Shown: one piece after another, positions 21,526 through 31,559 of the stretch
How positions within the stretch are numbered: position 1 is the first letter of the stretch
Layout: every line of letters begins with the position of its first letter
Assembly: GCA_049968255.1 (NCBI GenBank)
Contig: JBMFRB010000003.1
Location: 192,998 to 256,997 of the forward strand
Reading direction: 5' to 3'
DNA length: 64,000 bases
From: Candidatus Sumerlaeaceae bacterium
GTDB lineage: Bacteria; Sumerlaeota; Sumerlaeia; Sumerlaeales; Sumerlaeaceae
Translations under genes and position numbers: made by a program
Notes under the pieces: generated by a model
Told to the model about the DNA's origin: nothing
What the model saw: the letters and a program-made list of their open reading frames with translations, nothing else
The model's database searches: none

Positions 21526-22237
21526 CCAGGATCTCCCTGGCGCGTTGCCACACCGCATCGAACATTGGCTCCGTGAGGCGCTTGGTCGAAGTGTTTTGCT
21601 GGCTTGGGTGAAACGAGCAGAGCACACGGGGAGCACGAGCCATGTGAAACTCTGCACTGTGTGCGAAAGTGTAATCGTTGATCCGCAGATGAAACCCGCG
21701 CCTGCGCAGATGCTGCAACCACCAGGCAAAAGCCACACGTCCGAGAACGACGACACAGCGAAGCCGTGGCCAAAGGATGCTGACCTCGCGTTCGAGGAAA
21801 GGCGAGCAGTTGGCGATTTCCCCTGGTGTAAGCTTGTTCTGCGGAGGGGCGCAGCGCGCCACTGCGCTCACATAACAATCGCGCAGGATAAGTCCGTCGT
21901 CACGCGACACGGAGGCCGGCTGATTAGCAAAACCTGCCCGGTAAAGTGCACGAAAGAGCCACTCGCCCGATCGATCACCGGTGAAGATGCGTCCCGTGCG
22001 ATTGCCGCCGTGCGCTGCGGGTGCTAGGCCAATCACGAGCAGACGCGCACAGGGATCTCCAAAACCTGGCACAGGCCTGGCCCAGTAGCCTTGCCCGCGA
22101 AAGCGCCGCGGTGGCTTCGTGGCAACTGCTTCGCGCCACGCGACAAGGCGCTCGCACTGTCGGCAAGAAATGATCTCTTGCGTCAGCGCCGCCAATGCGG
22201 TCGCTTCTGATTTTCCACACTCGCAACGTCTGTCCAT
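21512..22237 (-). CDS. Uracil-DNA glycosylase, family 5 (UdgB-like, Fe-S)
   Basis: CRQCERL, GLAPAAHGGNRTGRIFTGD, RCAPPQNK, HPSQQN. Confidence 0.92.
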   Translation of the reverse strand: MDRRCECGKSEATALAALTQEIISCRQCERLVAWREAVATKPPRRFRGQGYWARPVPGFGDPCARLLVIGLAPAAHGGNRTGRIFTGDRSGEWLFRALYRAGFANQPASVSRDDGLILRDCYVSAVARCAPPQNKLTPGEIANCSPFLEREVSILWPRLRCVVVLGRVAFAWWLQHLRRRGFHLRINDYTFAHSAEFHMARAPRVLCSFHPSQQNTSTKRLTEPMFDAVWQRAREILDASK

Positions 22238-22423
22238 AGGCTTTGCTTTACTTGCGTGGAACAATTCTCTTTTTACACGCAACAATCTCTCGTGCGTTTT
22301 GTTGCTCCATCCATGCCCGAGCTGCTCGCATGAGACGCGTGTTTGGCGGTATATGCGTGAATCGAGGCCTGCAGCTGACGTCAGAATTGGTCCGAGTGGC
22401 CTTAGCCTGGTGCAAGGACGACG

Positions 22424-22792
22424 ATGACGCCTACCCCTGATCGTAGAGCGAATTATGAGCTAAAGGAATTCGTGTGTGCGCGCTGCGGCAATTGTTGCCG
22501 CGGTGAGGGAATTGTTCGCGTGAAGCCCGACGAGGCGATGAGCATAGCGGCATTTCTTGGTCTTTCGCTCGACGAGTTTTATGCGCATTTCACGCGCGAT
22601 CCCGAAGATCCCGGCGATGCGCAGCAAGGCATCCGCTGGCTGATCGACAAGCCTGGGCCGCTGCGTGAATGCATTTTTCTCGATGGCAACCTTTGCCGCG
22701 TTCATCCTGTGAAACCAGAGCGGTGCCGCGCGTTTCCGCTCGCGTGGCGGACCCCCGACATCCTCGACTATTGCGTCGGCATGCAGCAGTAG
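22424..22792 (+). CDS. YkgJ-family (CxxCxxCC) cysteine-cluster protein
   Basis: FVCARCGNCC...CIFL...CRVHPVKPERCRAFP. Confidence 0.88.
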   Translation: MTPTPDRRANYELKEFVCARCGNCCRGEGIVRVKPDEAMSIAAFLGLSLDEFYAHFTRDPEDPGDAQQGIRWLIDKPGPLRECIFLDGNLCRVHPVKPERCRAFPLAWRTPDILDYCVGMQQ

Positions 22793-22905
22793 CAACCCCA
22801 TGGCCCTGCGCGCCTCTTATCTCAGCGCTTGACAACCGACAGTGCGCGCAGCGTTTGCGGAACAAAGGTTTTGCACGAAGACGTGGAGAAAGCAGGCGCA
22901 GCACG

Positions 22906-23205
22906 ATGAAACACTTTATAGTGGAAGTCATCTATAAGCAGCCGTTCGAGAATTTTGGCGATGCCGTCGCGCAGCACCGAGCCTATCTCGACAAAGGCTA
23001 CGCCTGTGGAATGATTCTTTTTTCAGGACCTCTCGTGCCACGCCTGGGCAGCATTTTTGTGGCCCGTGCAGAGAGTGCGCAAGAGCTGGCAGACTTTTTC
23101 GAGAACGATCCCTATCGAACGCGCGGCTTAGCGGATTTCCGCTTTGTTCAGTTTGACCCGACGCGCTACATTCCTGAACTTACCGAGTGGTTCGAAGAGG
23201 GATAG
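22906..23205 (+). CDS. YciI-family protein
   Basis: 99 aa; HRAYL, SGP and NDPY motifs. Confidence 0.82.
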   Translation: MKHFIVEVIYKQPFENFGDAVAQHRAYLDKGYACGMILFSGPLVPRLGSIFVARAESAQELADFFENDPYRTRGLADFRFVQFDPTRYIPELTEWFEEG

Positions 23206-23347
23206 AGAGCGAGAGCGCAGCGCAGCAAGCCTTCACGCATGACACCGCGAAAACATCTGCACAATCAGGCTCAGGCAATGTAGAGTTCAAACAGTAGCGC
23301 ATCATGCAAGCCAACAAACTCACGCGTTTCGATAGGAGTGTGCAGCG

Positions 23348-24244
23348 ATGAAATCGCGCCTTGTCGTTGCGGCAGCGATTCTGGGCTTGGCGGTTTCAGG
23401 GAGCGCTCATCCGCCTGTCGTTACTTTTTCCAATGACGATGCAGCCCGTGCTATCGCCATTGCCTGCAAGTCCGATACGTATAGTCGCGCGCCAGTGCAC
23501 GTGCATCGCAATGTGCCGGGCAACATGGTCTACTGTGTATCGGAGGATCACAAAGAGGGCGTGCTTTATTCCGAATCAAGCATGTGCCATGAGCTCACCT
23601 CCGAGACACTCAACGTCTGGCGCAACGAAGATGGCGATGTGGCCGCGCTTCTAATCCAGCGTACAGAGGGGCGGCTTCTCATGATCGGCGAGGCCGAACT
23701 GCGAGGCAAACGATTCGATGTTGAGCGCACCGGCACATATTTCATCGTCTCGCAAGGCAAGTTCACACAGCTTTCTGCCGCTGTGAAGCCATACAGGGTG
23801 CTGCATGTTTTTGAGAATTTCGACGGCAAGCGAATCTTTGCGCGCAAAGGAGACCTTGTCGTCATAGGCGATAATTTGCTCACAAATCAACTCGAGGCGC
23901 GGATTGTGCAAATCAAGGACGACCGCATTGGCGAGTTGCCGCCACAGCCGGTTGCGAACATGCCGGCTGGTGTGCGTGTGTTAGATTTTGCGGAGTCTAC
24001 AAATGATCTGCTCGTTGGCGGGGTTGATCCGCAGGGGCAAACGCTTTTTGCCGTCGTGAATCTCCAAACAGGCGAATCGTCGGCGATCGCTCCGAAAAAA
24101 GACGGCGACGATCAGGCAATGTTTCTGAGCGATGGCAACATTCGAGCTAAATTGAGCGGGACATCTGGCGCAGCTGGGTCGAAACGCAACCCCAAAACAG
24201 GCGATGGCAAGGACGGTGCAAAGTTCCCCTTTAGACTTTTCTAG
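23348..24244 (+). CDS. Exported hypothetical protein
   Basis: AGGAG RBS; signal peptide MKSRLVVAAAILGLAVSGSA; beta-strand-rich body. Confidence 0.75.
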   Translation: MKSRLVVAAAILGLAVSGSAHPPVVTFSNDDAARAIAIACKSDTYSRAPVHVHRNVPGNMVYCVSEDHKEGVLYSESSMCHELTSETLNVWRNEDGDVAALLIQRTEGRLLMIGEAELRGKRFDVERTGTYFIVSQGKFTQLSAAVKPYRVLHVFENFDGKRIFARKGDLVVIGDNLLTNQLEARIVQIKDDRIGELPPQPVANMPAGVRVLDFAESTNDLLVGGVDPQGQTLFAVVNLQTGESSAIAPKKDGDDQAMFLSDGNIRAKLSGTSGAAGSKRNPKTGDGKDGAKFPFRLF

Positions 24245-24345
24245 GCCGCGGACGGCTTAGTGCGGGGGCAAGAGCTTGGACAGGTGTGGGCTGCGCGAGA
24301 TTGCTACTGACGACAAACGAGTTGCGAAAGGAAAAGACTACGGAG

Positions 24346-25590
24346 ATGAACTGCGCATTGCCACCTTTCAGGCAACCGTCTGCAGCGGGCCAGATGCTTG
24401 AAGGAATCGCCTGCCGTCGACTTTTTACCCCAGAGATCATCCTCGACGATGTCCTGATTACCTTTTCCGGCGGCGCAATCGAAATGATGGGTGAATTTGC
24501 ATCGCAATGGATTCCCCCAAACGTTTTTGATGCGCGCGCACACGGCCTCACCGTCGTTCCCGGACTGATTGATGTGCACATCCACGGTTGCGGCGGTGCG
24601 GATTTTCTCGATCTCGACGAAGAGGCCTACCGCTGCATTAGCGAAACAGCGGCGCGCGGCGGCGCCACATCAATCGTGGCCACAACAACAATTCCGCGCG
24701 ACGATACAGAGCTAGAGCGGTTTGGGGAGTTTGTGCGTCTCATCCGGCGCTTTGATCCGCCCGGCGCGAGGTTCCTCGGCATCTTTCTGGAAGGGCCGTT
24801 TATCAATCCAGACAAGCGTGGCGGTTTCGGCCCGAAATACGTGTGGCCTGCAGATCTTCCTCATGCCGAGCGCATTCTCTCGGTCTGCGAGGACCTTTTG
24901 CTAAAAATCACGATCGCGCCTGAAATCGACGGCGGCGAAGCCCTTCTCGAGTTTTTCCACGAAAATCCGCGCACCACCGTTGAGATTTCCCTGGGACACA
25001 GCAGCGCCGACTATGATCTCGCACGCAAATTGTTTCGCTTGGAACGCGTGCGCCAGGTCACGCACGCTTTCAATGCGATGCACCCGTTCCACCATCGTGC
25101 CCCTGGCCTCATCGGGGCGGCCTTACTTGAAGAACGCGTGTGGTGTGAGATGATTCCCGACGGCCACCATCTTTCCGGACCAGCCATCGCGTTACTTCAC
25201 CGCCTGAAAGGGTGGGAGCGGCTGATGATCGTCACGGATGGAACCGGCGCGACAGCCACGACGCCTGGAACTCGCATCCACAGCGTCGGCGGCTGGACTG
25301 AGGTGCGCGACGGAGCCGTGCGCTTGCTTGATGGGACGCTTGCGGGGAGCAACCTCCTGATGGCAGGAGCGGTAAAATCCGCCTGCGAACTCGGCGGCAT
25401 CGAGTTCCACGATGCCCTGCGCATGGCCACACTCACGCCCGCGCGCTCGGTGCACTGCGACGATCGCGTGGGAAGTGTTGAGCCGCGAAAGCGCGCTGAC
25501 TTTTGTGTGCTCGACGAGCGTGGCGACGTACTCGCCACGATTCGCGACGGCAAGCTCGTTTATCTTGCTAATGAAGCTCGTAAAAATTGA
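24346..25590 (+). CDS. nagA: N-acetylglucosamine-6-phosphate deacetylase (start could be 24394)
   Basis: PGLIDVHIHG, LEGPF, APE, GHS, THAFNAM, DGHH, VTD, LAGS. Confidence 0.92.
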   Translation: MNCALPPFRQPSAAGQMLEGIACRRLFTPEIILDDVLITFSGGAIEMMGEFASQWIPPNVFDARAHGLTVVPGLIDVHIHGCGGADFLDLDEEAYRCISETAARGGATSIVATTTIPRDDTELERFGEFVRLIRRFDPPGARFLGIFLEGPFINPDKRGGFGPKYVWPADLPHAERILSVCEDLLLKITIAPEIDGGEALLEFFHENPRTTVEISLGHSSADYDLARKLFRLERVRQVTHAFNAMHPFHHRAPGLIGAALLEERVWCEMIPDGHHLSGPAIALLHRLKGWERLMIVTDGTGATATTPGTRIHSVGGWTEVRDGAVRLLDGTLAGSNLLMAGAVKSACELGGIEFHDALRMATLTPARSVHCDDRVGSVEPRKRADFCVLDERGDVLATIRDGKLVYLANEARKN

Positions 25591-26047
25591 CCACAAGAGC
25601 CCCCGCCTCGGCTAGCTCAAGGATCGCGATGGTTGGCGGGAACGACAGCGGTGCGCGAAGCGCACCCGGGTTCACCACCAAGACCCGGCCTACCTTGACC
25701 TCGTTGGGAACATGGGTGTGACCGTGCACCACCACATCGGCGCCCTCATTTTTGAAGAAGGCGGCGGCGTGACTCTCAATCTCGTCCTGCCTGAGTTGGT
25801 CGCCATGCAAAAGCCCAATGCATATGCTATTGATTTCAACCGTTCGCGAGCGCGGGAGACTCGCAAGGATTGGGCCGCTGTCGCAGTTGCCGCGGACGGC
25901 GTACACTGGAGCAAGAGATTCTAAACGGTGCAACACCGCTGGGCTGCCTACATCGCCGGCGTGCAGGATGGCAGCAACGCCTTGGAATACGTCTGGGATA
26001 GCCGGGTGCCACGTCCCATGGGTATCGGAAATCAAGCCGACGCGCAT
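25568..26047 (-). CDS. YfcE/MJ0936-type metallophosphoesterase
   Basis: ISDTHG, HAGD, VRGNCD, HG, HGHTH, NPG. Confidence 0.92.
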   Translation of the reverse strand: MRVGLISDTHGTWHPAIPDVFQGVAAILHAGDVGSPAVLHRLESLAPVYAVRGNCDSGPILASLPRSRTVEINSICIGLLHGDQLRQDEIESHAAAFFKNEGADVVVHGHTHVPNEVKVGRVLVVNPGALRAPLSFPPTIAILELAEAGALVVNFYELH

Positions 26048-26225
26048 TTTGTTTTCCCCCTGATAAAAGCGCATTCGCAAGCGAGAGAGGTCTGTGAGCT
26101 GATCCCTACGCTCACATGGGCAACACTTCACATTGTGTAGCCCGAAAAGTGCAAGCGAGTTTTTATTGGGCACCTTGGGTAGGTTGAGTAAAAACAGGTT
26201 TATGGAATTTGGGCGAGGCGAGGGC

Positions 26226-27083
26226 ATGGACGAAAAAACAACGTGTGCTGCGAGCGATGAGCCAATAGGCTCGGCAGGTATGCGCAGGGACGACAAACTG
26301 TCGCTGAGGCGGGCTTTTGCATGGCAATCGCTGGTCTTCGCAATTGTCTATGCGGTACTAGTTCTCGTGCTCGGTGAGCGGCGCAAGTTTGAGGACGCTG
26401 TTTTGACCTGGGGCGACCAAATGCCCATCGTGGCCGTGTTGCGCGACGATGTGACCGAGAAGCAGGCAAACGCCTTGGTCGAAAAGCTGCGAAGCCAGGT
26501 CAAAGGGTTGCAATGCACGGTAATCGGACGACGCGAAGCACGCTCGCTGCTTGCGCTGCAGGAGCCATGGCTGCAGCACCTTCCGGAAACGCTCGTCGGT
26601 GAACTCCCCAGTGTGCTGGAACTGCGTCATCCGGCTTTGTTCCGCTCGGCACAAGAACTCGATGCGTTTTTGAGTTTTCTGCAGGCGCAGCGCGAGGTGG
26701 ACTTTGTTGTCTTCAATTCCGTCGGTCACGACCGGGTGATCGAGGCCCTCTCCATGACTCGGCGCCACTTGAACGTCACACTGGCTGCAGTGACGGGTTC
26801 ACTTATTATCTTGTTTGCTTTAGCGCATCATTTTGTGATTCGAAGCCGCCGTGCTTTGTCAATGGGGCGCAGGCTGGTGTTTGCCCTCGGGGTTTGGATT
26901 ACAGGTGTGCTCGGAGGAGGCGCAGCGCTCTGGGCGATCGAGCAGTTCGCACTGAAAGCCGCCGAGTCGCCGCTTGGCCTCTTCCTTTCGGTGGGAGCCC
27001 CTACGAGTCTATTTCTCATTGCGTTGCTTGTGCTCCTCGAGTTGCTCGAGATGGGAGTGTGGGAAGACCGTGGGCGCGCGTAG
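26226..27083 (+). CDS. Divergent FtsX-like membrane protein
   Basis: TM1, then a soluble loop resembling the FtsX ectodomain (WGDQMPIVAVLRDD...IGRREA...LPSVLEL), then three more hydrophobic segments; followed by an EnvC-like gene. Confidence 0.62.
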   Translation: MDEKTTCAASDEPIGSAGMRRDDKLSLRRAFAWQSLVFAIVYAVLVLVLGERRKFEDAVLTWGDQMPIVAVLRDDVTEKQANALVEKLRSQVKGLQCTVIGRREARSLLALQEPWLQHLPETLVGELPSVLELRHPALFRSAQELDAFLSFLQAQREVDFVVFNSVGHDRVIEALSMTRRHLNVTLAAVTGSLIILFALAHHFVIRSRRALSMGRRLVFALGVWITGVLGGGAALWAIEQFALKAAESPLGLFLSVGAPTSLFLIALLVLLELLEMGVWEDRGRA

Positions 27084-28446
27084 GCGATACGCAACGAGAG
27101 ACTTGGGCTGGATCGCCGGCGGAACAATGGTCTTTGTCGTTTTCTTGATTGCGACAATTGGGGCGAGGCCCACTCCTGGTCCGCCTCCCTTGTCGGGCCG
27201 CAAACCGACACAGCAACACAAGGCGAAATCCGAGCCTCGCACTGAAAGAGCTGCGCCAACACCGCAGAGGAAACCCGCCAGCAAAAAGGCTGAAGCTGAA
27301 AGCAAGAGCTCTGCGGGATCTCAGGCAGGAAAGAGTACTAAATCGAAGGCCTGGTCCTCGGCTTCAAGCAAAACCGCGCCGGCTGCGCTGCGCCGTCATT
27401 CTTCTTCTGAACTCGGCGATCCTTCCGAACTTTCTTTTTTCTTTCGTGAATGGTGGAACATTGCTGAGGTGTCGATTGACTGGGACGCAGCGGCGGCCTG
27501 GCTGCAGCACAAGCAAGCAGAGACTGTGAAAAGGCTTGGGGGCATGCTCGCCGAAGTGAACGAACATTTTGAAAAGCGGCGCACCAATGCGCAGCGGGCC
27601 ACCTTGGCACTTTATCTGATGGGGCGGCTGCGCCAGCAAAGCGTAGCCATTCCCGCGCCACCGATCGGCTATCAGGCGGCTGCCCTTCGGCGCGCCGTGC
27701 TTGACGATGCCGCGGCGCTTGGGAACTATGCGGTACTCGAAGAGCATCTGCGCCTCAGCGAGGCGATGATCATAAACGAGGATTTCCGCACAAGTTCAGC
27801 GCTGCAACAACGGGCTGCACAGTTTGCGCCAGCTGACGGTGTCACCATGGCAAATATTGAGTGCGTGGAGCGCTGGAACACGTGGCTTCTGAGCTCGGTG
27901 GTGCCGCCCGAGCTCCCGGCGATTCTGTCCGATTATCGTAGCCTAGCGCAGGCTGAGCGCCAGCGTTTTTCGCTTCGTCAGCTTCCTCCGCCGCTTCCGG
28001 ACGTGACACCATCGTATTGGCCGCTCGTGGGCGACGATGTGCCACTGCCAGTCGAGCCGCTGCCAACGCCGCGAGCGCATATCGCCAATGAGGTCGCGCG
28101 TGTGCCCAAGCTAGAGGCCATCACGCTGCGTGTTGCGTCTGGCGGGGCCATCCATTGCGCGGCCGAGGGCATCGTGCGCTTCGCTGGCCAAATGCGCGGT
28201 CTTGATCACGTCGTCATCGTGGAGCACGTGGGCGGACGCCTTAGTGTTTATACCCTATTGGGGAACACTGTAGTATCCGAAGGTCAGCACGTGCGCGCGG
28301 GCGATGTCATTGGTATGGCCGCTGGCGTGCTAGGCGCGGGCGAGGCCGAGGTCTCATTCGAAGTGCGCGAAGGAGCCAAACCAGTATCGCCGCGCGTTTT
28401 GCTCGGTGATCGCAATCCTGCTGACGTGCTGCTCCGCCCGAAGTGA
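27070..28446 (+). CDS. EnvC-like protein with degenerate M23/LytM domain (start GTG 27070 or ATG 27127)
   Basis: N-terminal hydrophobic anchor, K/S/A-rich linker, helical region, C-terminal M23 fold (AAEGIVRFAG...VIVEH..G..SVY...V..GQHVRAGDVIG...FEVR...PVSP) without the Zn ligands. Confidence 0.75.
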   Translation: MGARRRYATRDLGWIAGGTMVFVVFLIATIGARPTPGPPPLSGRKPTQQHKAKSEPRTERAAPTPQRKPASKKAEAESKSSAGSQAGKSTKSKAWSSASSKTAPAALRRHSSSELGDPSELSFFFREWWNIAEVSIDWDAAAAWLQHKQAETVKRLGGMLAEVNEHFEKRRTNAQRATLALYLMGRLRQQSVAIPAPPIGYQAAALRRAVLDDAAALGNYAVLEEHLRLSEAMIINEDFRTSSALQQRAAQFAPADGVTMANIECVERWNTWLLSSVVPPELPAILSDYRSLAQAERQRFSLRQLPPPLPDVTPSYWPLVGDDVPLPVEPLPTPRAHIANEVARVPKLEAITLRVASGGAIHCAAEGIVRFAGQMRGLDHVVIVEHVGGRLSVYTLLGNTVVSEGQHVRAGDVIGMAAGVLGAGEAEVSFEVREGAKPVSPRVLLGDRNPADVLLRPK

Positions 28447-28621
28447 CGGCGGCGCTTGCGGGGGCGCAAGCTGGTTCTGCGCCGCAGCGACATGCTCAGC
28501 GCATGCGCTCAGAACCTCGCAAGCTCGACGCGCGGGCTCTCTATTGCCGACGGAGCAGAGGCGTAAATCGCAAAATCGTTTTGAGTAGAAAACAGACTAG
28601 CAAACTAAGAGAGTTTCGATC

Positions 28622-29437
28622 GTGACAACACCAACGAACAGTCAGCACAAGGGCGAGCAGTTTCTCGGAAAAGTTCGTGACACACTGACAGCCGCCGAGC
28701 GTGAGCTGCTTTTGGCTATCGACCCCATGAGACTGCCACAGCACGTGGCTATCATCATGGATGGCAATGGGCGCTGGGCACGGCAGCGCGGGTATCTCGA
28801 CCGCATCCGTGGCCACGAGGCCGGGATCGAAAGTGTCCGAGTGACAGTGCGCGCATGCGGCGAACTAGGAGTGAGAGCGCTGACACTCTACGCATTCTCT
28901 GTCGAGAACTGGAAGCGCCCGAAACGCGAAATTGATGCACTCATGAACTTGCTCAAGCGCTTTCTCCGCGATGAAATCCCAGAGCTGAATGAAAACAATG
29001 TGCGGCTCGTGGCCTCGGGGCGACTTAGCGATTTGAGCCAGGATGTGCGGGCCGAGCTCGAACGCACCATGGCGGCAACAGCGCGCAACTCCGGCCTTGT
29101 GCTCAATCTTGCCCTGAGCTATGGAGGGCGCACGGAAATCGTAGATGCGGTGCGCACCATCGTCGCGGAGGTTCTAGCACGTCGCCTTGCTCCTGAGGAC
29201 ATCACCGAATCGCTCTTTGCTCAGTATCTTTATCATCCCGAGCTCGGGGACCCCGATCTGCTCATTCGCACAAGCGGCGAAATGCGCGTGTCGAATTTTC
29301 TCTTGTGGCAAATTGCTTACGCCGAATTTTACGTAACACCGGTCCTGTGGCCGGATTTCCGTCGCGTCGATCTCTACCACGCAATCCTTGACTATCAGCG
29401 GCGTGAGCGACGTTTTGGGCAAGTGAAGGATGTCTGA
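28622..29437 (+). CDS. uppS: Undecaprenyl/isoprenyl diphosphate synthase
   Basis: HVAIIMDGNGRWA, YAFSVENWKR, SYGGR, DLLIRTSGEMRVSNFLLWQ, RRFG. Confidence 0.97.
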   Translation: MTTPTNSQHKGEQFLGKVRDTLTAAERELLLAIDPMRLPQHVAIIMDGNGRWARQRGYLDRIRGHEAGIESVRVTVRACGELGVRALTLYAFSVENWKRPKREIDALMNLLKRFLRDEIPELNENNVRLVASGRLSDLSQDVRAELERTMAATARNSGLVLNLALSYGGRTEIVDAVRTIVAEVLARRLAPEDITESLFAQYLYHPELGDPDLLIRTSGEMRVSNFLLWQIAYAEFYVTPVLWPDFRRVDLYHAILDYQRRERRFGQVKDV

Positions 29438-30287
29438 AATGGGGATGCAAAATAGTCGTGCTCGAATGGCACTGGCGCTTATCTGCGTTGTGCTGACGGC
29501 GTTGAGATTCGAGACGCTAGCGTGGGTGCTGCCGGCGCTGGGTCTTGTGCTGGCGTGGCTGGGATGCCACGAACTAGGGCATCTCATGCGGCTAAAGGGT
29601 GTGGCGTTCTCTGTGCCGATGGCCTACGTGGCGACGACCGCGTGTTATGCCGCAGGCTTAGTGGCCTGCGATATTTTTCCGTGGCTGTTTTTGCCCCTGC
29701 TTGCCGGCGTCCTTGTGGGCGCGTTTGTCGCCCATCTGGCGCGTCAGTCCTTTGAGGGCACACTTGTTGGTGTGGGTGCGGTGCTGTTGCCTGCGCTTTA
29801 TCTAGGATTCTCCCTCGCCTGTGGACTTCAGATCTTGCGCGTGGACCGCATGTACTTTCTCTTTGTTCTCGTCTGCGTGTGGGCGATGGATTCCGCGGCA
29901 TTCTATTTCGGGTGTGCGTATGGTCGGCACAAAATGGCCCCTCGCATTAGCCCCAAAAAATCCTGGGAGGGTGCGGCGGCAGCACTGGTTGCTTCGGTGG
30001 TCACAGCAATCGTTGCCAAGCCTATTCTTCAACTGGACCTGAGCTGGGTGAGTGTTGTGGCCTTGGGGATCATGTTCGCCATTGTCGGCCAGCTAGGCGA
30101 TATGGCCGAGAGTGCGCTCAAGCGCGATGTTGGCGTGAAGGATTCGGGAGCAACTTTTGCCGGCCATGGCGGCACGCTCGATCGAATAGATTCGCTTCTG
30201 TTTTGCTTCCTGGCATTTTACGTGTGGCTGTTGGTTACTGGGCACCTGCAACTTGGCGAGACGCACCCGATGGTTATGGCGGGATAA
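29430..30287 (+). CDS. cdsA: Phosphatidate cytidylyltransferase
   Basis: ISPKKSWEG, GDMAESALKR..GVKDSG...GHGG.LDRIDS. Confidence 0.95.
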   Translation: MSEMGMQNSRARMALALICVVLTALRFETLAWVLPALGLVLAWLGCHELGHLMRLKGVAFSVPMAYVATTACYAAGLVACDIFPWLFLPLLAGVLVGAFVAHLARQSFEGTLVGVGAVLLPALYLGFSLACGLQILRVDRMYFLFVLVCVWAMDSAAFYFGCAYGRHKMAPRISPKKSWEGAAAALVASVVTAIVAKPILQLDLSWVSVVALGIMFAIVGQLGDMAESALKRDVGVKDSGATFAGHGGTLDRIDSLLFCFLAFYVWLLVTGHLQLGETHPMVMAG

Positions 30288-30370
30288 AAGCAGCACTCGC
30301 GGAGCGCCACTCGATGCTGTAGCAAATTGTTGTTCCAACAAAACCACTCTCGCGGAGAAATAGAGAGAAG

Positions 30371-31441
30371 ATGTTCCAATTCGATGAAACTGGCGTTACT
30401 GCACGGCCGCTCACGCGCGAACACGTACGCGAGATCTATGAGTTGCCTTTGCCGGATTTAGCGTTCTGGGCGATGCGTGTGCACCGTGCTCATCACAATC
30501 CCCGCCATATTCAGCATTGCACTCTTGGCAATATCAAAGCGGGCGGATGCCCTGAGGATTGCGCTTATTGCCCGCAAAGCGCCCATTACAAAACAGGCGT
30601 GCGCAATGAGCCACTAGCGGATGTGGCCTCTGTCGTCGAGCAAGCAAAAGCCGCAAAAGCTTTGGGTTCGACGCGTTTCTGCATGGGCGCAGCATGGCGA
30701 AACCCACGCAATGAGGCAGAGTTCGAACGCGTCCTGGAAATGATCCGTGCGGTGCGCGCGCTGGGCATGGAAGCATGTGTCACGCTGGGGATGCTCACAG
30801 CCGAACAAGCGCGCCGGCTCAAAGAGGCCGGCCTCACTGCCTATAATCACAATCTTGACACCTCGCCCGAGTTTTACCCGGAGATCATCTCAACCCACAC
30901 TTACGAGCAACGCCTCGAGACGTTGCGCCATGTGCGTGCAGCGGGAATCGAAATCTGCAGCGGCGGCATTATTGGTATGGGGGAAAGCCGCGCGGACCGC
31001 ATCGGCCTATTGTGTGAGCTGGCAAACCTCGATCCCTATCCAGAGAGCGTGCCGATCAATGCTCTCGTGCCAGTGGAAGGAACGCCGCTTGCGGGCCGCC
31101 CCCCGGTGGATGCCATCGAAATGGTGCGTACCATCGCGACCGCACGCATCCTCATGCCACGTGCGCGGGTGCGCTTGGCTGCAGGGCGCACACGGATGAC
31201 CGACGAAGCACAAGCTATGTGCTTTCTCATGGGCGCAAATTCGATATTCACTGGCGAAAGACTGCTCACCACGCCTAATCCTGGGCTCTCGCACGACGAG
31301 CAGCTCATGACGAAGCTCGGGCTCGAAAAAGAACCATCTCCCGTGGAGGTCCCGTCGCCTTTTGTGCCTCTCGTGGAGCTCGAGCACAATGGCCATCATC
31401 GCAGCGCACCGCCGCAGCCTGTCGACGCCGGAAAGTCGTAA
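30371..31441 (+). CDS. bioB: Biotin synthase
   Basis: CPEDCAYCPQS, RFCMGAAWR, YNHNLDT, CSGGIIGMGE, ESVPIN, GANSIF.GE.LLT. Confidence 0.96.
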   Translation: MFQFDETGVTARPLTREHVREIYELPLPDLAFWAMRVHRAHHNPRHIQHCTLGNIKAGGCPEDCAYCPQSAHYKTGVRNEPLADVASVVEQAKAAKALGSTRFCMGAAWRNPRNEAEFERVLEMIRAVRALGMEACVTLGMLTAEQARRLKEAGLTAYNHNLDTSPEFYPEIISTHTYEQRLETLRHVRAAGIEICSGGIIGMGESRADRIGLLCELANLDPYPESVPINALVPVEGTPLAGRPPVDAIEMVRTIATARILMPRARVRLAAGRTRMTDEAQAMCFLMGANSIFTGERLLTTPNPGLSHDEQLMTKLGLEKEPSPVEVPSPFVPLVELEHNGHHRSAPPQPVDAGKS

Positions 31442-31559
31442 CTCCTCCCTGCGTTGGCGACATCGGCCTGTTTCTTGCTGTCTCTTGTCGCTGAATCGAA
31501 AGCGAAGAGTGTAGGTAAACGAACTAGCTAGACTTTTTCTATTTTTGCCGGACCGATCC

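Noticed and set aside
20775-21878. 367-aa alternative-frame ORF over nfo/udg, and the long N-terminal extension of nfo to 21756
   Set aside because: Overlaps two well-supported genes and has low-information R/S/A-rich composition; nfo homology starts near 21525.
30327-30341. TTGTTG-ttc-CAACAA inverted repeat before bioB as a BirA operator
   Set aside because: Arms and spacing do not match the BirA TGTAAAC-N14-16-GTTTACA pattern; too short to support.
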